DNA from: a virus
Strand: one strand, 5' to 3'
Virus record (IMG/VR): IMGVR_UViG_3300045988_159394
Coordinates: 1-41,957 of that record
DNA: 41,957 bases
The notes below the pieces were generated by a model that was given only the letters and a program-made list of their open reading frames with translations, ran no database searches and was not told where the DNA came from. The stretch's first letter is position 1. The number at the start of each line of letters is the position of its first letter. The translations under genes and the position numbers were made by a program. Below, piece by piece: positions 26,214-36,326 of this stretch.

Positions 26214-26642
26214 TTATACGCACTTTGCGAGTGCAATTCTATGCAATCTTTCAAAAGACTGCAGGGCTCTTCCGTGTATATAAAACACATTCCGCCAGCT
26301 GAACTTCATGTCTGTAGCGATTTGCTCCCATTCCCTACAGTTGATATACCTGGCATATAATACTGCCTGTTGCGTTTCGTCCGGCAACATTTTAATCATC
26401 GCTTTTGCTTCGATACGCATGTCTATCAGCTTGTCCCATTCGGCTATCACGGCATCGAAATACTTCTCCAGCTTGATGTACTTGTCCGCCAGATCTGATT
26501 CTTTTGTACCTGATACATGCTCTGTCATGCTTGATGCCTTCAGTGATAATATGTCAGCCTTGATGGCGGTCAGTTCTTCTTCTGCCTGCTTTACCACGTA
26601 ATACTGCCGCCGGACGCGGTTCAGATACTCTTTTGCTGTCAT
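26214..26642 (-). CDS. Late-gene transcriptional activator (sigma-70 region-4-like; ArpU/DUF1492-type)
   Basis: DETQQAVLYARYINCREWEQIATDMKFSWRNVFYIHGRALQ. Canonical position upstream of terS. Confidence 0.55.
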   Translation of the reverse strand: MTAKEYLNRVRRQYYVVKQAEEELTAIKADILSLKASSMTEHVSGTKESDLADKYIKLEKYFDAVIAEWDKLIDMRIEAKAMIKMLPDETQQAVLYARYINCREWEQIATDMKFSWRNVFYIHGRALQSFERLHRIALAKCV

Positions 26643-26867
26643 TCAGACATCACCCCGCAACGCAATATACTTTTTATCCAGCCAGGACTTCAGACAATCA
26701 TCACACTGATTAGATACCCTAAAAAAATTCGTATCTCCGTTTTTGTCGCAACTACTGCAAAGGTTAATGATGTGTCTATCGATGATCGTATCCAGTTTTT
26801 TAATAGAGTAATTCTCTCTGACATTTCGCAGATACTCTCTGTTGGTGATGTATTTTTTCGCTGTCAT
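26643..26867 (-). CDS. Small Cys-rich (CxxC...CxxC) protein
   Basis: LCSSCDKNGD...SNQCDDCLKS. Confidence 0.45.
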   Translation of the reverse strand: MTAKKYITNREYLRNVRENYSIKKLDTIIDRHIINLCSSCDKNGDTNFFRVSNQCDDCLKSWLDKKYIALRGDV

Positions 26868-27067
26868 TTTCTCCCTCGTTTCTTCTTGTGTATTTCATAC
26901 TGGGTTTTCTTCTCGTGCGCATAGCACATGTATTCTTTCATTGGCTGCCGGCCTTTGAACCGCCATGGATACTTCAGCCGTTCCTGCTCACGCCGCTTCC
27001 GTTCGGCTTCTCGTTCCTCTTCCGTCATCATATGTACATGCACACCGCCGGGCGAATAGTCATTCAT
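26864..27067 (-). CDS. Small basic protein (67 aa)
   Basis: ORF track; K/R/E-rich. Confidence 0.4.
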   Translation of the reverse strand: MNDYSPGGVHVHMMTEEEREAERKRREQERLKYPWRFKGRQPMKEYMCYAHEKKTQYEIHKKKRGRK

Positions 27068-27669
27068 AGGATCACCTCATTCTTCTTTCTGGGCCGTCCT
27101 GTTTTCATGTTCAACCCCCACTTAGGTCCCAGGTCAACCCGTCCATATTCCTTCTCGAATTCCTTCAATATTTCGCATCGTATATTGAGTTCGTAGCGGA
27201 TACACGCCATGAACCGCCATATGGTCACACCATACATATCTGGATTCAGCATGATATCTGCATAATTGTAGATCCGTTTTTCCAGCCGGTGTATCTCGTC
27301 GGCTGTAAAGCCATAATCACGGAACAGGATATACAGTGTCACAACGACGGCTCCCAGCATGATAGCATGTATCGTATCACGCAGCTGTTTGTTGCCGATT
27401 TTATCCGCTGCAATGACGACCATCATCTTTTTGACAAACTCTCTATCCATCCTGCTATGATTGTATCCATTCCGGGAAATCTGTGCTTCATACGTCGATG
27501 ACTGTGGTAGTTCGTCCCATATCCTGACAATCCGTTCCAGACGTGTTTTGCCGAACTGGAATTCATCATGCAGTGCCATGAATACCAGCGTCGTGGCAGC
27601 CTCTGCCGATGCATCGCCGGCTATAAGTATACGCTGGTTCATGCTTTTGTTTTTGTACTTGTAGAACAT
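27064..27669 (-). CDS. Hypothetical protein (201 aa)
   Basis: ORF track. Confidence 0.5.
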   Translation of the reverse strand: MFYKYKNKSMNQRILIAGDASAEAATTLVFMALHDEFQFGKTRLERIVRIWDELPQSSTYEAQISRNGYNHSRMDREFVKKMMVVIAADKIGNKQLRDTIHAIMLGAVVVTLYILFRDYGFTADEIHRLEKRIYNYADIMLNPDMYGVTIWRFMACIRYELNIRCEILKEFEKEYGRVDLGPKWGLNMKTGRPRKKNEVIL

Positions 27670-27681
27670 GCTGCCAGCCTC

Positions 27682-27951
27682 CTATCGGAAAATGAACCAG
27701 AGCACCGACCAGATATACGCACCAGCTACGGCTGCCATCGTCCATTTCAACCGCCGGCAGAGATCCAACAGCTGATTATTCTGGACAGTGATACGTTCCG
27801 CCTCCATTTTCCACTTTTCGTATACATCGTTTTCGATTTCAATCAGTTCCTTATCATGGTCATCTATCCGGCCTTTCATCTTACGGATTTCCTGCTTGAT
27901 ATCTTCTGCTTTCTGACAGTTGAGCGTTGTAACATATTGGTAGTTATTCAT
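27682..27951 (-). CDS. Small protein with a C-terminal TM helix (89 aa)
   Basis: C-terminal AAVAGAYIWSVLWFIF. Confidence 0.45.
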   Translation of the reverse strand: MNNYQYVTTLNCQKAEDIKQEIRKMKGRIDDHDKELIEIENDVYEKWKMEAERITVQNNQLLDLCRRLKWTMAAVAGAYIWSVLWFIFR

Positions 27952-28454
27952 GATTCGTCCTCCTCAGATAATGTAGTCTGTACCAAATCACCGGGATAGG
28001 CCCGGCGCAGCCGTTTCAGCATGGGAAGCAGAGCGCCGGCATACTGGTTCAGAGGCCGTTTGACCTCTTCGTATTCCTGCATCGAGTGGAAGCCCTTCCC
28101 GCCGATGACCGGCCGGATGATATAGCCATACTCATCATCCCGGATAAGCTCACAGCCGCTGTTACGCATGAAGCAGAGGATGTCAGCCATATCCGTCGAG
28201 TAGCAGGCAGCCATCAGGAAGAGTTCCGCCCATTGTTTCTTGTCTGACGGATGATGCACGGCAAAATCATCAATATATTCCGAAACCGGCCAGTTTTCCG
28301 GCTTCCTGGCATGTTCCACATGCTGTACGATATTTTCCACCAGGCCTTTAATATCCGGATCACGCTGCAGGAGCTGGGCATGAGGCGTTTCCATGGCTTC
28401 CAGTACTTCACGGAACGCGGACCGGGCCCGGGCAATCATTTCATTACGTCCCAT
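27948..28454 (-). CDS. Hypothetical protein (168 aa)
   Basis: ORF track. Confidence 0.5.
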   Translation of the reverse strand: MGRNEMIARARSAFREVLEAMETPHAQLLQRDPDIKGLVENIVQHVEHARKPENWPVSEYIDDFAVHHPSDKKQWAELFLMAACYSTDMADILCFMRNSGCELIRDDEYGYIIRPVIGGKGFHSMQEYEEVKRPLNQYAGALLPMLKRLRRAYPGDLVQTTLSEEDES

Positions 28455-28463
28455 AAGAGCCTC

Positions 28464-28883
28464 CTAATCGTCTAGCGGTTCGATCTGGATGTAGATACCA
28501 GATTGAGGTGCATAGAACTTCTGGATACATTCTGACGCAACCTGAGCGTCATCCTGCCAGAATCCCAACGACGTTAGTACGTCCTTGAGCATCTTGACCA
28601 GGTTATCCGTATCCGGTTTAGTCGCCTTCCACGTACCTTCTAAATGCAGTTTCGTCGGCGGATATATCCATTTAGTCGTCAGTGCGACAGGCCCCGTAAA
28701 AGGCCGTTCCGGTCGGAATTTGGTAAAGCTGGCCATGAACAACGCCCGCGTTTCCCGGACGGCCGGCGGTTCGTAAGTATGAGGTTTGCCATCACGTCCG
28801 ACGACGAGCTTCTTCATCTGATGTGTCGCTGATGGAATCCGCGGCATTGGTACGAAGAAATGAATCATACCTGTATTTACCAT
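28464..28883 (-). CDS. RusA-like Holliday junction resolvase
   Basis: KPDTDNLVKMLKDVLTSLGFWQDDAQV motif. Start at MVNTG with GAAAGGAGA-8nt-ATG. Confidence 0.65.
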   Translation of the reverse strand: MVNTGMIHFFVPMPRIPSATHQMKKLVVGRDGKPHTYEPPAVRETRALFMASFTKFRPERPFTGPVALTTKWIYPPTKLHLEGTWKATKPDTDNLVKMLKDVLTSLGFWQDDAQVASECIQKFYAPQSGIYIQIEPLDD

Positions 28884-28919
28884 GCTAATTTCTCCTTTCA
28901 CAGTTTGAATACCCTTGGT

Positions 28920-29126
28920 TCAATCGAGTGTATTTCCATCGTAATAATCTAAATTCACGATAGTATTGCCATCTCCGATTTCATAGCCATCTGACGTAAA
29001 CGGCCGGTCATGGCGTTCCCATAATTCGCGTTGTGCTTCCAATGCCTGCTTCGTCAGTCGGCCATTCTTGAAACGTTTGTTAGCCAGCGCTCTCAATTCA
29101 TCTTCATTCATTTCAGACAGTTTCAT
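28920..29126 (-). CDS. Hypothetical protein (68 aa)
   Basis: RBS AAAGGAG; ORF track. Confidence 0.45.
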   Translation of the reverse strand: MKLSEMNEDELRALANKRFKNGRLTKQALEAQRELWERHDRPFTSDGYEIGDGNTIVNLDYYDGNTLD

Positions 29127-29160
29127 TTTTCACGACTCCTTTCGCCGCATGGTTCTGTGA

Positions 29161-29384
29161 GGGGAAATAGTACGTTAAAAGAAAATGGTGGCTTTCAGCA
29201 CCATTTTTTTAGTACTATTTTCCCCAGAACCCACACGGATTTTATGCAGAAGGAAATTCCTTATATATATAACGATTTTCCTTCCCTTTTTCCCTTTTTT
29301 TATACGGAAATTCGTACCATTTTCCGTATAATTATTTATCGTTATGCATAATAGGGAAATCGGGAAATTGGTACGTTTTTCCCT
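29161..29384. promoter_or_regulatory. Putative replication origin / iteron region: about four copies of GGAAAT-nn-GTAC plus nested palindromes, including a bidirectional terminator hairpin
   Basis: gggaaatagtacg (29162), its inverted copy agtactattttcccc (29211), cggaaattcgtacc (29307), gggaaattggtacg (29358). Hairpin aaaatggtg-gctttcag-caccatttt flanked by T-runs. Lies directly 3' of the primase-helicase gene. Confidence 0.4.
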
Positions 29385-31394
29385 TTATTCATTTTTTTCA
29401 ACCACTCCGTTTTTAATGACAAATTTTTCATCTTCTTTTATATAATTTCTAATAGTCTTAGGGGTTGTATCCATGTATTCCGCTAAATCGGTAACCGTTA
29501 CTTTTCCATTAATCAGACAGGCATTATAAGCACTTTCGAGTTGAGCTTTTTTAGCCTGTTTTTGTTTTGTCCGCGTTTCCCGTCCTTTCTGACGCGGGTC
29601 TTTATCACAGTCCGGCGTCAGTTTGTCCAGTTCGCCACTATCATCAATGCGATGAACAGGATATTCGAACCATACATTGAGAGGCGGGAACGGCTTAAAT
29701 TCACGCAGCGTGCCTTCGATGCGCCAGGCCGTGCCAGGCAGGCCGACCTGATCCGACGTATTGAGCTGAATCATATCCAGCAGGGCGTCAGCATCACGGG
29801 CGAATACGCCGGAACCGCTGGCCCGGTCCATGGACCGCTTGCTTCCCTGGGCGCCTTTACTGTGATGATGACAGTAGATGACGGCGCAGTTCAGCTCGGT
29901 GCAGACCTTGTCGAACTGATTACAGAAATGGGCCATCTGGTCGGCGCTGTTTTCGTCGCCTGTGATGATCTTATAAATCGGGTCGATGATGATGGCCGTA
30001 TAGTTCTTCTTTGCTGCCCGGCGGATGAGTTTCGGCGCCAGCTTGTCCATTGGGATGGATTTGCCGCGCAGTTCCCATATGTCGATATTAGCAATGTTGT
30101 TGGCCGGCCATCCCAGGGCATCGTACACGTCCTTGAAACGGTGCAGACAGCTCGGCCGGTCCAGTTCCAGATTGACATACAGGACACGTCCCTGGGAGCA
30201 GTACCAGTTGAGCCACTTCCGTCCCTCAGCAATGGCAATGGCCATCTCGATGAGGGCAAAGGATTTGCCGGCTTTCGATGGCCCGGCCAACATCATCTTA
30301 TGGCCTTTCCGCAGTACGCCGTCAATGAGGGACGGCGATAGTGGTGGCAGGTCGTTCCAAACGTCTTTCAGACTTTCCGGGTCCGGCAGGTCGTCGTTTA
30401 CGGCCTCTATCCATTCGCGCCATTCGCGGAAGTTTTCCTTTCCCAGGTTGGTATCAATAAGGAACTGTTTCTTGCCGTCCCGCAGGATGCCCGGCATCCG
30501 GGACAGCCGGGACGGGTTCCGGTTCTGCTGGTCGATATCCAGGCCGTTCTTCCGGCAAATGACATAGAGGTAATCGACGCGCTTGCGGTACTCGTCATAA
30601 TTGCCGGCGTCGATATGCACGATAGCATGAATGCTTTTCCCTCCGCTGTACACCAGGCAGGCAACCGGCAGTTCCAGCCGGCGTATGATTTCGTTCTGCT
30701 TCTCCAGCCCCATGGAATCAGATTCTACTAAGGCGTACCGGAAATCCGTTACGTTTTCGTTGCGTACGCCCTTGCCATCGAGCGGATTGAATCGGATCCA
30801 CGCGCCGGCTTTGGGATTATAATCTCCAAGGACAGCTCCCAGGTCCCCGTCACATACCGTCAGTTCCTCGATGAGTTCGCCGGCCGTACGCTTGAAATTC
30901 CCTTTGTTAGGCAGGAACTTCCCGTCTTTTTCCCAGGAACTTGTCACGTAGCCGACATAATCGGTGCTGTCAAACAAGGTTGACAGATATTTGATGAGAT
31001 CTTTTGCAGGATTCCAGTCATCACCGGGGACATCCAGTTCACGGCCTTCAATCCAGTTCTTATCGACAATGACCTGCTCGTCCTGTTCGGGGATGATATC
31101 ATCCCAACCATATACAATGTCCGGGCCGGACGACGCAGACCAGCCGCCTTTTTTCGCCATATCGACGATGGTGGCGCCTGTCACCGGGGAATCTGCCGTA
31201 TTGTCGAAGGTGTTCCATTTCCGCTGGCATTCGCCGGCATGATACCGGCCGGCGTCCCGGAGGCTCCAGGCGTCCCAGTCGGAGGCACTGTAGCCCTCCA
31301 GTTTCAGCGCCATGCCGACATTGACCCACTCCTGGTATGTACAGAACGACGGGTCGATATAGTCCAGGAGGGGTATAAGATTGATGTTTTCCAA
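29385..31394 (-). CDS. Bifunctional primase-polymerase (PrimPol) / AAA_25-type helicase with a C-terminal HTH
   Basis: Walker A LAGPSKAGKSF, Walker B AIIIDPI. N-terminal primase-like domain. C-terminal VTVTDLAEYMDTTPKTIRNYIKE. Confidence 0.7.
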   Translation of the reverse strand: MENINLIPLLDYIDPSFCTYQEWVNVGMALKLEGYSASDWDAWSLRDAGRYHAGECQRKWNTFDNTADSPVTGATIVDMAKKGGWSASSGPDIVYGWDDIIPEQDEQVIVDKNWIEGRELDVPGDDWNPAKDLIKYLSTLFDSTDYVGYVTSSWEKDGKFLPNKGNFKRTAGELIEELTVCDGDLGAVLGDYNPKAGAWIRFNPLDGKGVRNENVTDFRYALVESDSMGLEKQNEIIRRLELPVACLVYSGGKSIHAIVHIDAGNYDEYRKRVDYLYVICRKNGLDIDQQNRNPSRLSRMPGILRDGKKQFLIDTNLGKENFREWREWIEAVNDDLPDPESLKDVWNDLPPLSPSLIDGVLRKGHKMMLAGPSKAGKSFALIEMAIAIAEGRKWLNWYCSQGRVLYVNLELDRPSCLHRFKDVYDALGWPANNIANIDIWELRGKSIPMDKLAPKLIRRAAKKNYTAIIIDPIYKIITGDENSADQMAHFCNQFDKVCTELNCAVIYCHHHSKGAQGSKRSMDRASGSGVFARDADALLDMIQLNTSDQVGLPGTAWRIEGTLREFKPFPPLNVWFEYPVHRIDDSGELDKLTPDCDKDPRQKGRETRTKQKQAKKAQLESAYNACLINGKVTVTDLAEYMDTTPKTIRNYIKEDEKFVIKNGVVEKNE

Positions 31395-31409
31395 TATGCC
31401 CGCCCTCCT

Positions 31410-33002
31410 TTAATCCGGCTGATACTGGGATGGAATGATACCGGCCGGCATCCGCCATCCACAAGCGGCTATGCGGCCAATGAGCTTACGAGCGGATTCG
31501 AAGGACCACGTCCCGACATGCTGGAAGCCCCGGCCTTCCAGCAGCCGTATCTGCCGGGCCGTTGCAAGGCCCATTTCCTTGCGCTTGATGAGCCGGTCCA
31601 GCAGCAGTTTGGCTTTGCCGGCATTTTCGATTTCATCGGGGAAGATGCCGAACTTTTCCAATGCTTTGAGCTGTTTTTCCGATGCCGGCATCATTTCCCA
31701 GCCAAAAGTCGGTACGTAGCCGGTAAGGTCTTCAGCCTGGATAGACATTTCAAACTGCAGTGGATCTACCAGTTTTCGCTTGCGTTTCTTCATGGCGGCC
31801 AGTTTGTCTGCAAGGGCCGCTTCCCGGTCGGCAACGACATCATCGGCTGCTTCCTTTGCCAGCTCTTCCAGGTCTGCCGGCTCACCGGAATCGTTCAATT
31901 TTTCTGTCATCTTGTTGGCCACGTCTTCTGTTTCGGCAATGAGGCAGGCCGGTCGGCACAGTTCATGCTGCTCCGTATTCCAAAGGAAGTCGAGGAGCAG
32001 CACTTCTTTCTTGCCCGGGAACAGCCGCGTGCCACGGCCGACCATCTGACTGTACAGGCTCCGGCTCTTGGTCGCTCTCAGGACGATGACGCAGTCTACA
32101 GACGGGCAGTCCCATCCTTCGGTGAGCAGCATAGAGTTGCAGAGGACGTTGTATTTGCCGGCATCGAAGTCAGCCAGGACCTTCGCCCGGTCGTCGCTGC
32201 TGCCATTGACTTCAGCGGCCCGGAATCCGGCATTATTCAGAATGTCACAGAACTTCTGACTCGTCTTGACGAGGGGCAAAAATACGACAGTTTTCCGGTC
32301 CCGGCAGTACGTCTGCATCTCTTTGGCAATCTGCTCCAGGTATGGATCCAGTGCCGTCCCCAGTTCGCCTGCCTTATAATCGCCGGCAGAAAAGCCGACG
32401 CTTGAAATATCTATCTGTAGTGGAATTGTCTGGGCGACGATACGGCACAAATATCCGTCCTTGATGGCCTGCACCAGACTATACTCATAGGCAAGGCTGT
32501 TGTAATATACGCCTAAATTGCGCATATCGGCCCTGTCCGGCGTTGCAGTGACGCCGAGGACATTTGCTTCATGGAAATACTGTAGGACGCGCTGATAGCT
32601 GCCTGAGACGCTGTGATGGGCCTCGTCGATGATGATGGTATCGAAGTAATCAGGACTGAACTGACGGAGCCGCTTTTCCCGTGTCAGCGTCTGGACACTG
32701 CCGACGACGATGCGCCGCCAGGAGCCGATGCAGGTCTTGTCCGCTTTTTCCACGGCACTTTTCAGGCCCGTCGTCTTCTCGATCTTATCGCTGGCCTGTT
32801 CCAGGAGCTCGCCACGATGGGCCATAATAAGGACCCGTTCCCCGACCCGGACACAATCCTCAGCGATTTTGGCGAACACCACGGTCTTTCCGGTACCTGT
32901 TGGTAAGACAAGGAGTGTTTTTGTATTGCCGCTGTCCCATTCACGCAGAACGGCCTGTTCGGCCGCCTGCTGATAGGGACGCAGCGTGATAGAGCTGCTC
33001 AT
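31410..33002 (-). CDS. DEAD/DEAH-box SF2 helicase
   Basis: LVLPTGTGKT, IIIDEAHHS, SAT-like VTATP, QMVGRGTR. Confidence 0.8.
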   Translation of the reverse strand: MSSSITLRPYQQAAEQAVLREWDSGNTKTLLVLPTGTGKTVVFAKIAEDCVRVGERVLIMAHRGELLEQASDKIEKTTGLKSAVEKADKTCIGSWRRIVVGSVQTLTREKRLRQFSPDYFDTIIIDEAHHSVSGSYQRVLQYFHEANVLGVTATPDRADMRNLGVYYNSLAYEYSLVQAIKDGYLCRIVAQTIPLQIDISSVGFSAGDYKAGELGTALDPYLEQIAKEMQTYCRDRKTVVFLPLVKTSQKFCDILNNAGFRAAEVNGSSDDRAKVLADFDAGKYNVLCNSMLLTEGWDCPSVDCVIVLRATKSRSLYSQMVGRGTRLFPGKKEVLLLDFLWNTEQHELCRPACLIAETEDVANKMTEKLNDSGEPADLEELAKEAADDVVADREAALADKLAAMKKRKRKLVDPLQFEMSIQAEDLTGYVPTFGWEMMPASEKQLKALEKFGIFPDEIENAGKAKLLLDRLIKRKEMGLATARQIRLLEGRGFQHVGTWSFESARKLIGRIAACGWRMPAGIIPSQYQPD

Positions 33003-33455
33003 TTAAAATGCTCCTTTAGACCATGTCTTTTCTTTCTGCGCCGGTTCCTTGTCGTAGAATTTCTTTACGTCGTTGTAATTCTTGCCATTATATTCTCGGA
33101 TACTGACCTGCATACGGCCGGTGGCCCCGATGAGCTGGTTCCAGGCAATCCGGAAATGGCCGTCACCGCGTTTCATCTGGCCAATAGCGCAGGCGAAATT
33201 CGTCAGCTGCCATTGTGACTTAGAGTGCAAAAACAGATTCTGACGGATACGGCCTTTCGTTCCATCAGGAGCCGTGACTTCGTACGTAATTTTAGCCTGC
33301 GGGCAGGCCGGCATCTTGTCACTGCCTTCAAACCGGGCGCGTTCAAAATCAATAATAGTAAAATCATAATCCCCTGCAGGAACGACCTGATAGGAATCCT
33401 CTACTTCGGTAAACTCATCATCCCAACTAAATACTTTTTCTTCTGTCATTGTCAT
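33003..33455 (-). CDS. DUF669-like protein (partner of the Sak4-type ATPase)
   Basis: 150 aa, directly downstream of the Sak4-like gene, as in many Firmicute phage replication modules. Confidence 0.5.
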   Translation of the reverse strand: MTMTEEKVFSWDDEFTEVEDSYQVVPAGDYDFTIIDFERARFEGSDKMPACPQAKITYEVTAPDGTKGRIRQNLFLHSKSQWQLTNFACAIGQMKRGDGHFRIAWNQLIGATGRMQVSIREYNGKNYNDVKKFYDKEPAQKEKTWSKGAF

Positions 33456-33461
33456 TACCTC

Positions 33462-34508
33462 CTAAAATGGTACTTTCTTCAATTCCTGGATAACCTGCAG
33501 CATCTGCGGGAATGCCCCTACCAGGCATCCCATGACGAAATCGTCCGGATAGTCCGCAATGGGCATATCGGCCGGGAAATATCCCTTATGAGCCACGGCC
33601 TGCTGAATATCCTGGGCTGTAACGTTGTTGGCTGCCATGAGGTCTGCCAGAGCCTTCGGAATTTTCGGATCTAATTCTGTTTCTTTGGTTGTAGCAGCTT
33701 CCAGCCGTTTTTCAGGCTTGGGCGGTTCTTTTGGCGGTTCGGGATTCTTCTTTTTAGTCTGGGGAGCAGGCTCCGGTGCCGGCACTGTATCAGGGATGCA
33801 GTGCGCGATTTCCTGATAGTCAAAGGGCAGTTCGTCAGCCAGTCCGTGCCGGTTCTTGGCATCCCAGCATGGATTGTGTGACGTGTACATGACCCGCTTC
33901 CCGCCACTGACTTTCTTCTTGTTGTCTTTCGTCGTGATTACGATTTCTTTGTAATTGGCAAACAGTACCATATCAGCCCATTCCTTGGCCAGGGAAGCGC
34001 ACTGGTTGCCGGCTTTTTGTCCTAATTTCAGTTCATACCGGTCGTAGGCTCCTGTTTCTTCCGGGAGTTCGAACTTACGGATGATACTGTGAGCAGTCAG
34101 GACGACATTCATGCCGGCATCAATCAGATCCGACAGGCTGTCTAATAGCCGGCCAAATTCTTCCTTGACGTAGGTATACCCCTTGCCATAGCTAAAATCT
34201 TCAATTCCTACCTTTCCATTGGACTGGCAGACAGCTTCTTCACAGAGCCGTTCGGCCCAGTCTGCCGTGTCGATAACCAGTGTCTGGTAGCCCATCGTAT
34301 CGCCTTTGAGGTCCTTGATGTACTGCCTGAGCATCTGCCAGGACGTCGGCCTGGGCAGGCGGTCTACTTCGAGGTGTGACGTACTGCCTTCCGTATCGAT
34401 AATCAGAGGCCTGGGGAATTGTGCGGCAAAGGTTGACTTGCCAATACCTTCCGGGCCGTAAATAACGACTTTCTGGGGCTTCGTGATTTTCCCTGAGATG
34501 ATTTTCAT
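33462..34508 (-). CDS. Sak4-like AAA_24 ATPase (ssDNA annealing/recombination)
   Basis: VVIYGPEGIGKSTFA Walker A, LVIDTADW Walker B. PEPxK-rich linker. Length typical of the family. Confidence 0.65.
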   Translation of the reverse strand: MKIISGKITKPQKVVIYGPEGIGKSTFAAQFPRPLIIDTEGSTSHLEVDRLPRPTSWQMLRQYIKDLKGDTMGYQTLVIDTADWAERLCEEAVCQSNGKVGIEDFSYGKGYTYVKEEFGRLLDSLSDLIDAGMNVVLTAHSIIRKFELPEETGAYDRYELKLGQKAGNQCASLAKEWADMVLFANYKEIVITTKDNKKKVSGGKRVMYTSHNPCWDAKNRHGLADELPFDYQEIAHCIPDTVPAPEPAPQTKKKNPEPPKEPPKPEKRLEAATTKETELDPKIPKALADLMAANNVTAQDIQQAVAHKGYFPADMPIADYPDDFVMGCLVGAFPQMLQVIQELKKVPF

Positions 34509-34521
34509 GATGTACTCCTTT

Positions 34522-35811
34522 CTAAAACGTGCCGGGCGTCCATTTCGGGGCAGCCGTTTCCGGTTCTTCCTTCGTTTCTACCCTGGGCTGTTCCGTCTTG
34601 ACGTATCCGTCTTCAATGATGATGCTGCAGGTGTCATCCGTCCCGACGCGGGTAGCGATCACCTGCAGGCCTTCCCCTTCCAGCCATCTGCCGAAGTCGG
34701 CCAGTGTTTCCGGGTCCATCTGTTCCAGCTTATCCATGAGGACAAAGCCGCAGTCCGGATTGAGTTTGCGTACGATGGCCGTAGCAACCTGCAGTTGTTC
34801 TGCCCCGCTCATGCAGTCCCATTTCTGCCCGTTATAGGTCAGCTCGCCATCCTGGACCGACAGCCCAGGAAGGGGCATGTCTGCCGAATCCAGCAGTTTC
34901 ATCCGCTGTTCTTTTACGGATTCAATCTGCTGGGTCAGGTCGCTGTACTGGCCGGCCAGCTCATCGGCTTCGGCCTGGACCCGGTTCTTTTCGGCATTAG
35001 CCCGGACTTTGGTATTGATGGCGTCGATATTGGCAATATCCTGTTCCAGTTCGGCCGTGCTTTCATCCTGCAGGTTTTCGGCTGCCTTCCTTGCTGTTAC
35101 ACAATCCTGTTCGGCCTGCTTCAGTGCTGCTTTTGCCCGGTCAAAGGCAATCTGCGCTTCTGCCAGTACCTTGTTGTAATGGGCTTCTTTTTCCCGCTTG
35201 CGCTGGTTTTCTCCATTCTTTGCCAGGATGGCTTGCTGTCTCTGGATGAGCTCGGATGCGCTGACCGGTTCTGCCGGCGCATCGGGATACCAGGCCAGTT
35301 CTTCCGCGTGTTTCTTTTTCCGGTCAGCAATCCGCCCGATTTCCAGGCGCTGGTTATACAGAGATTTTTCTTCCCGGTCTAAAACGGACAGCTGGTCACC
35401 GACGCCGATGATCTGCAATAGCGTTTCCGCCTTTTCATCGTTCCGGGCTTCCATGAACTTTGGCAGATTCAGGGCCAGTTTCTCAATGAAGCTGTCTAAG
35501 AGCTGCTGGCCGGCTTTCTGCCCTGACGGGTCGATGACATGAAGGGCTGACGATTTGCCCTTGCGTTCCACTACCAGACCGTTGCTGAGTTCGATGTGGA
35601 TAGACGGAGGGGCAGCACTGCCGATGCGCTGTGATTCGGATGGTTTAAGCTTATTGCCACCTAGAGCCCAGGCAATGGCATCCAATACGGAAGTCTTTCC
35701 CTGGCCATTCCGGCCGCCGATGACGGTCAGCCCGTTCTCCGTCGGCGTCAACGTAACAGCCTTGACACGTTTTACATTTTCAATTTCCAGTTGTCTGATT
35801 TTTACTGACAT
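34522..35811 (-). CDS. Rad50/SbcC-like AAA ATPase
   Basis: N-terminal GRNGQGKTSVLDAI, long coiled-coil middle, C-terminal ...VLMDKLEQMD (D-loop-like). Confidence 0.6.
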   Translation of the reverse strand: MSVKIRQLEIENVKRVKAVTLTPTENGLTVIGGRNGQGKTSVLDAIAWALGGNKLKPSESQRIGSAAPPSIHIELSNGLVVERKGKSSALHVIDPSGQKAGQQLLDSFIEKLALNLPKFMEARNDEKAETLLQIIGVGDQLSVLDREEKSLYNQRLEIGRIADRKKKHAEELAWYPDAPAEPVSASELIQRQQAILAKNGENQRKREKEAHYNKVLAEAQIAFDRAKAALKQAEQDCVTARKAAENLQDESTAELEQDIANIDAINTKVRANAEKNRVQAEADELAGQYSDLTQQIESVKEQRMKLLDSADMPLPGLSVQDGELTYNGQKWDCMSGAEQLQVATAIVRKLNPDCGFVLMDKLEQMDPETLADFGRWLEGEGLQVIATRVGTDDTCSIIIEDGYVKTEQPRVETKEEPETAAPKWTPGTF

Positions 35812-35828
35812 AATGAGACCTCGCTTTG

Positions 35829-35999
35829 TTAAAAATTCTGGGAAATAAATTCAACATTTTTACGTATTTCTCTTATCAGATTTCCATCCACATTAGAAGG
35901 TGATATTTCTCGTATATTTTCTATTAAATCTGATGTCATACCTATAAACTGATCTTTTATCATTTCGATTTCCAAGTTTGTTTTTGGCTTATCAGGCAT
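35829..35999 (-). CDS. Small protein (56 aa), AT-rich; absent from the ORF track
   Basis: Translated by hand: MPDKPKTNLEIEMIKDQFIGMTSDLIENIREISPSNVDGNLIREIRKNVEFISQNF. RBS AAAGGAGAG-7nt-ATG. Confidence 0.5.
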   Translation of the reverse strand: MPDKPKTNLEIEMIKDQFIGMTSDLIENIREISPSNVDGNLIREIRKNVEFISQNF

Positions 36000-36086
36000 G
36001 GTTTTTCTCTCCTTTTTCGGGTATAATGAATTTGAGTGTTTTTGTATGTGGTCGTTGTCTGGTGGTGCAGACAGCGGCCATTTTTT

Positions 36087-36326
36087 TTAATGGACAATCA
36101 AATTATTGACCCACATAATGTATCCCACCATGAGGATCATCACGAGTAATCCGCCCAGGAACATGGCGATAGATATCGCTGTGTCTGCCTGGCTTTCCAG
36201 TCTCAGTATGTCCTCCAGGAGCCAGTCGTCCTGATTGTCCGGCGATTGTTCCGGCTCTGGCTCTGGATTATGCCGGGAATTAATCCATGGTCGTGGTTCC
36301 TGCAGTTCTGTCTTCATTCCTTTCAC
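36087..36326 (-). CDS. Small membrane protein (C-terminal TM)
   Basis: ISIAMFLGGLLVMILMVGYIMWV. Confidence 0.45.
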   Translation of the reverse strand: MKGMKTELQEPRPWINSRHNPEPEPEQSPDNQDDWLLEDILRLESQADTAISIAMFLGGLLVMILMVGYIMWVNNLIVH

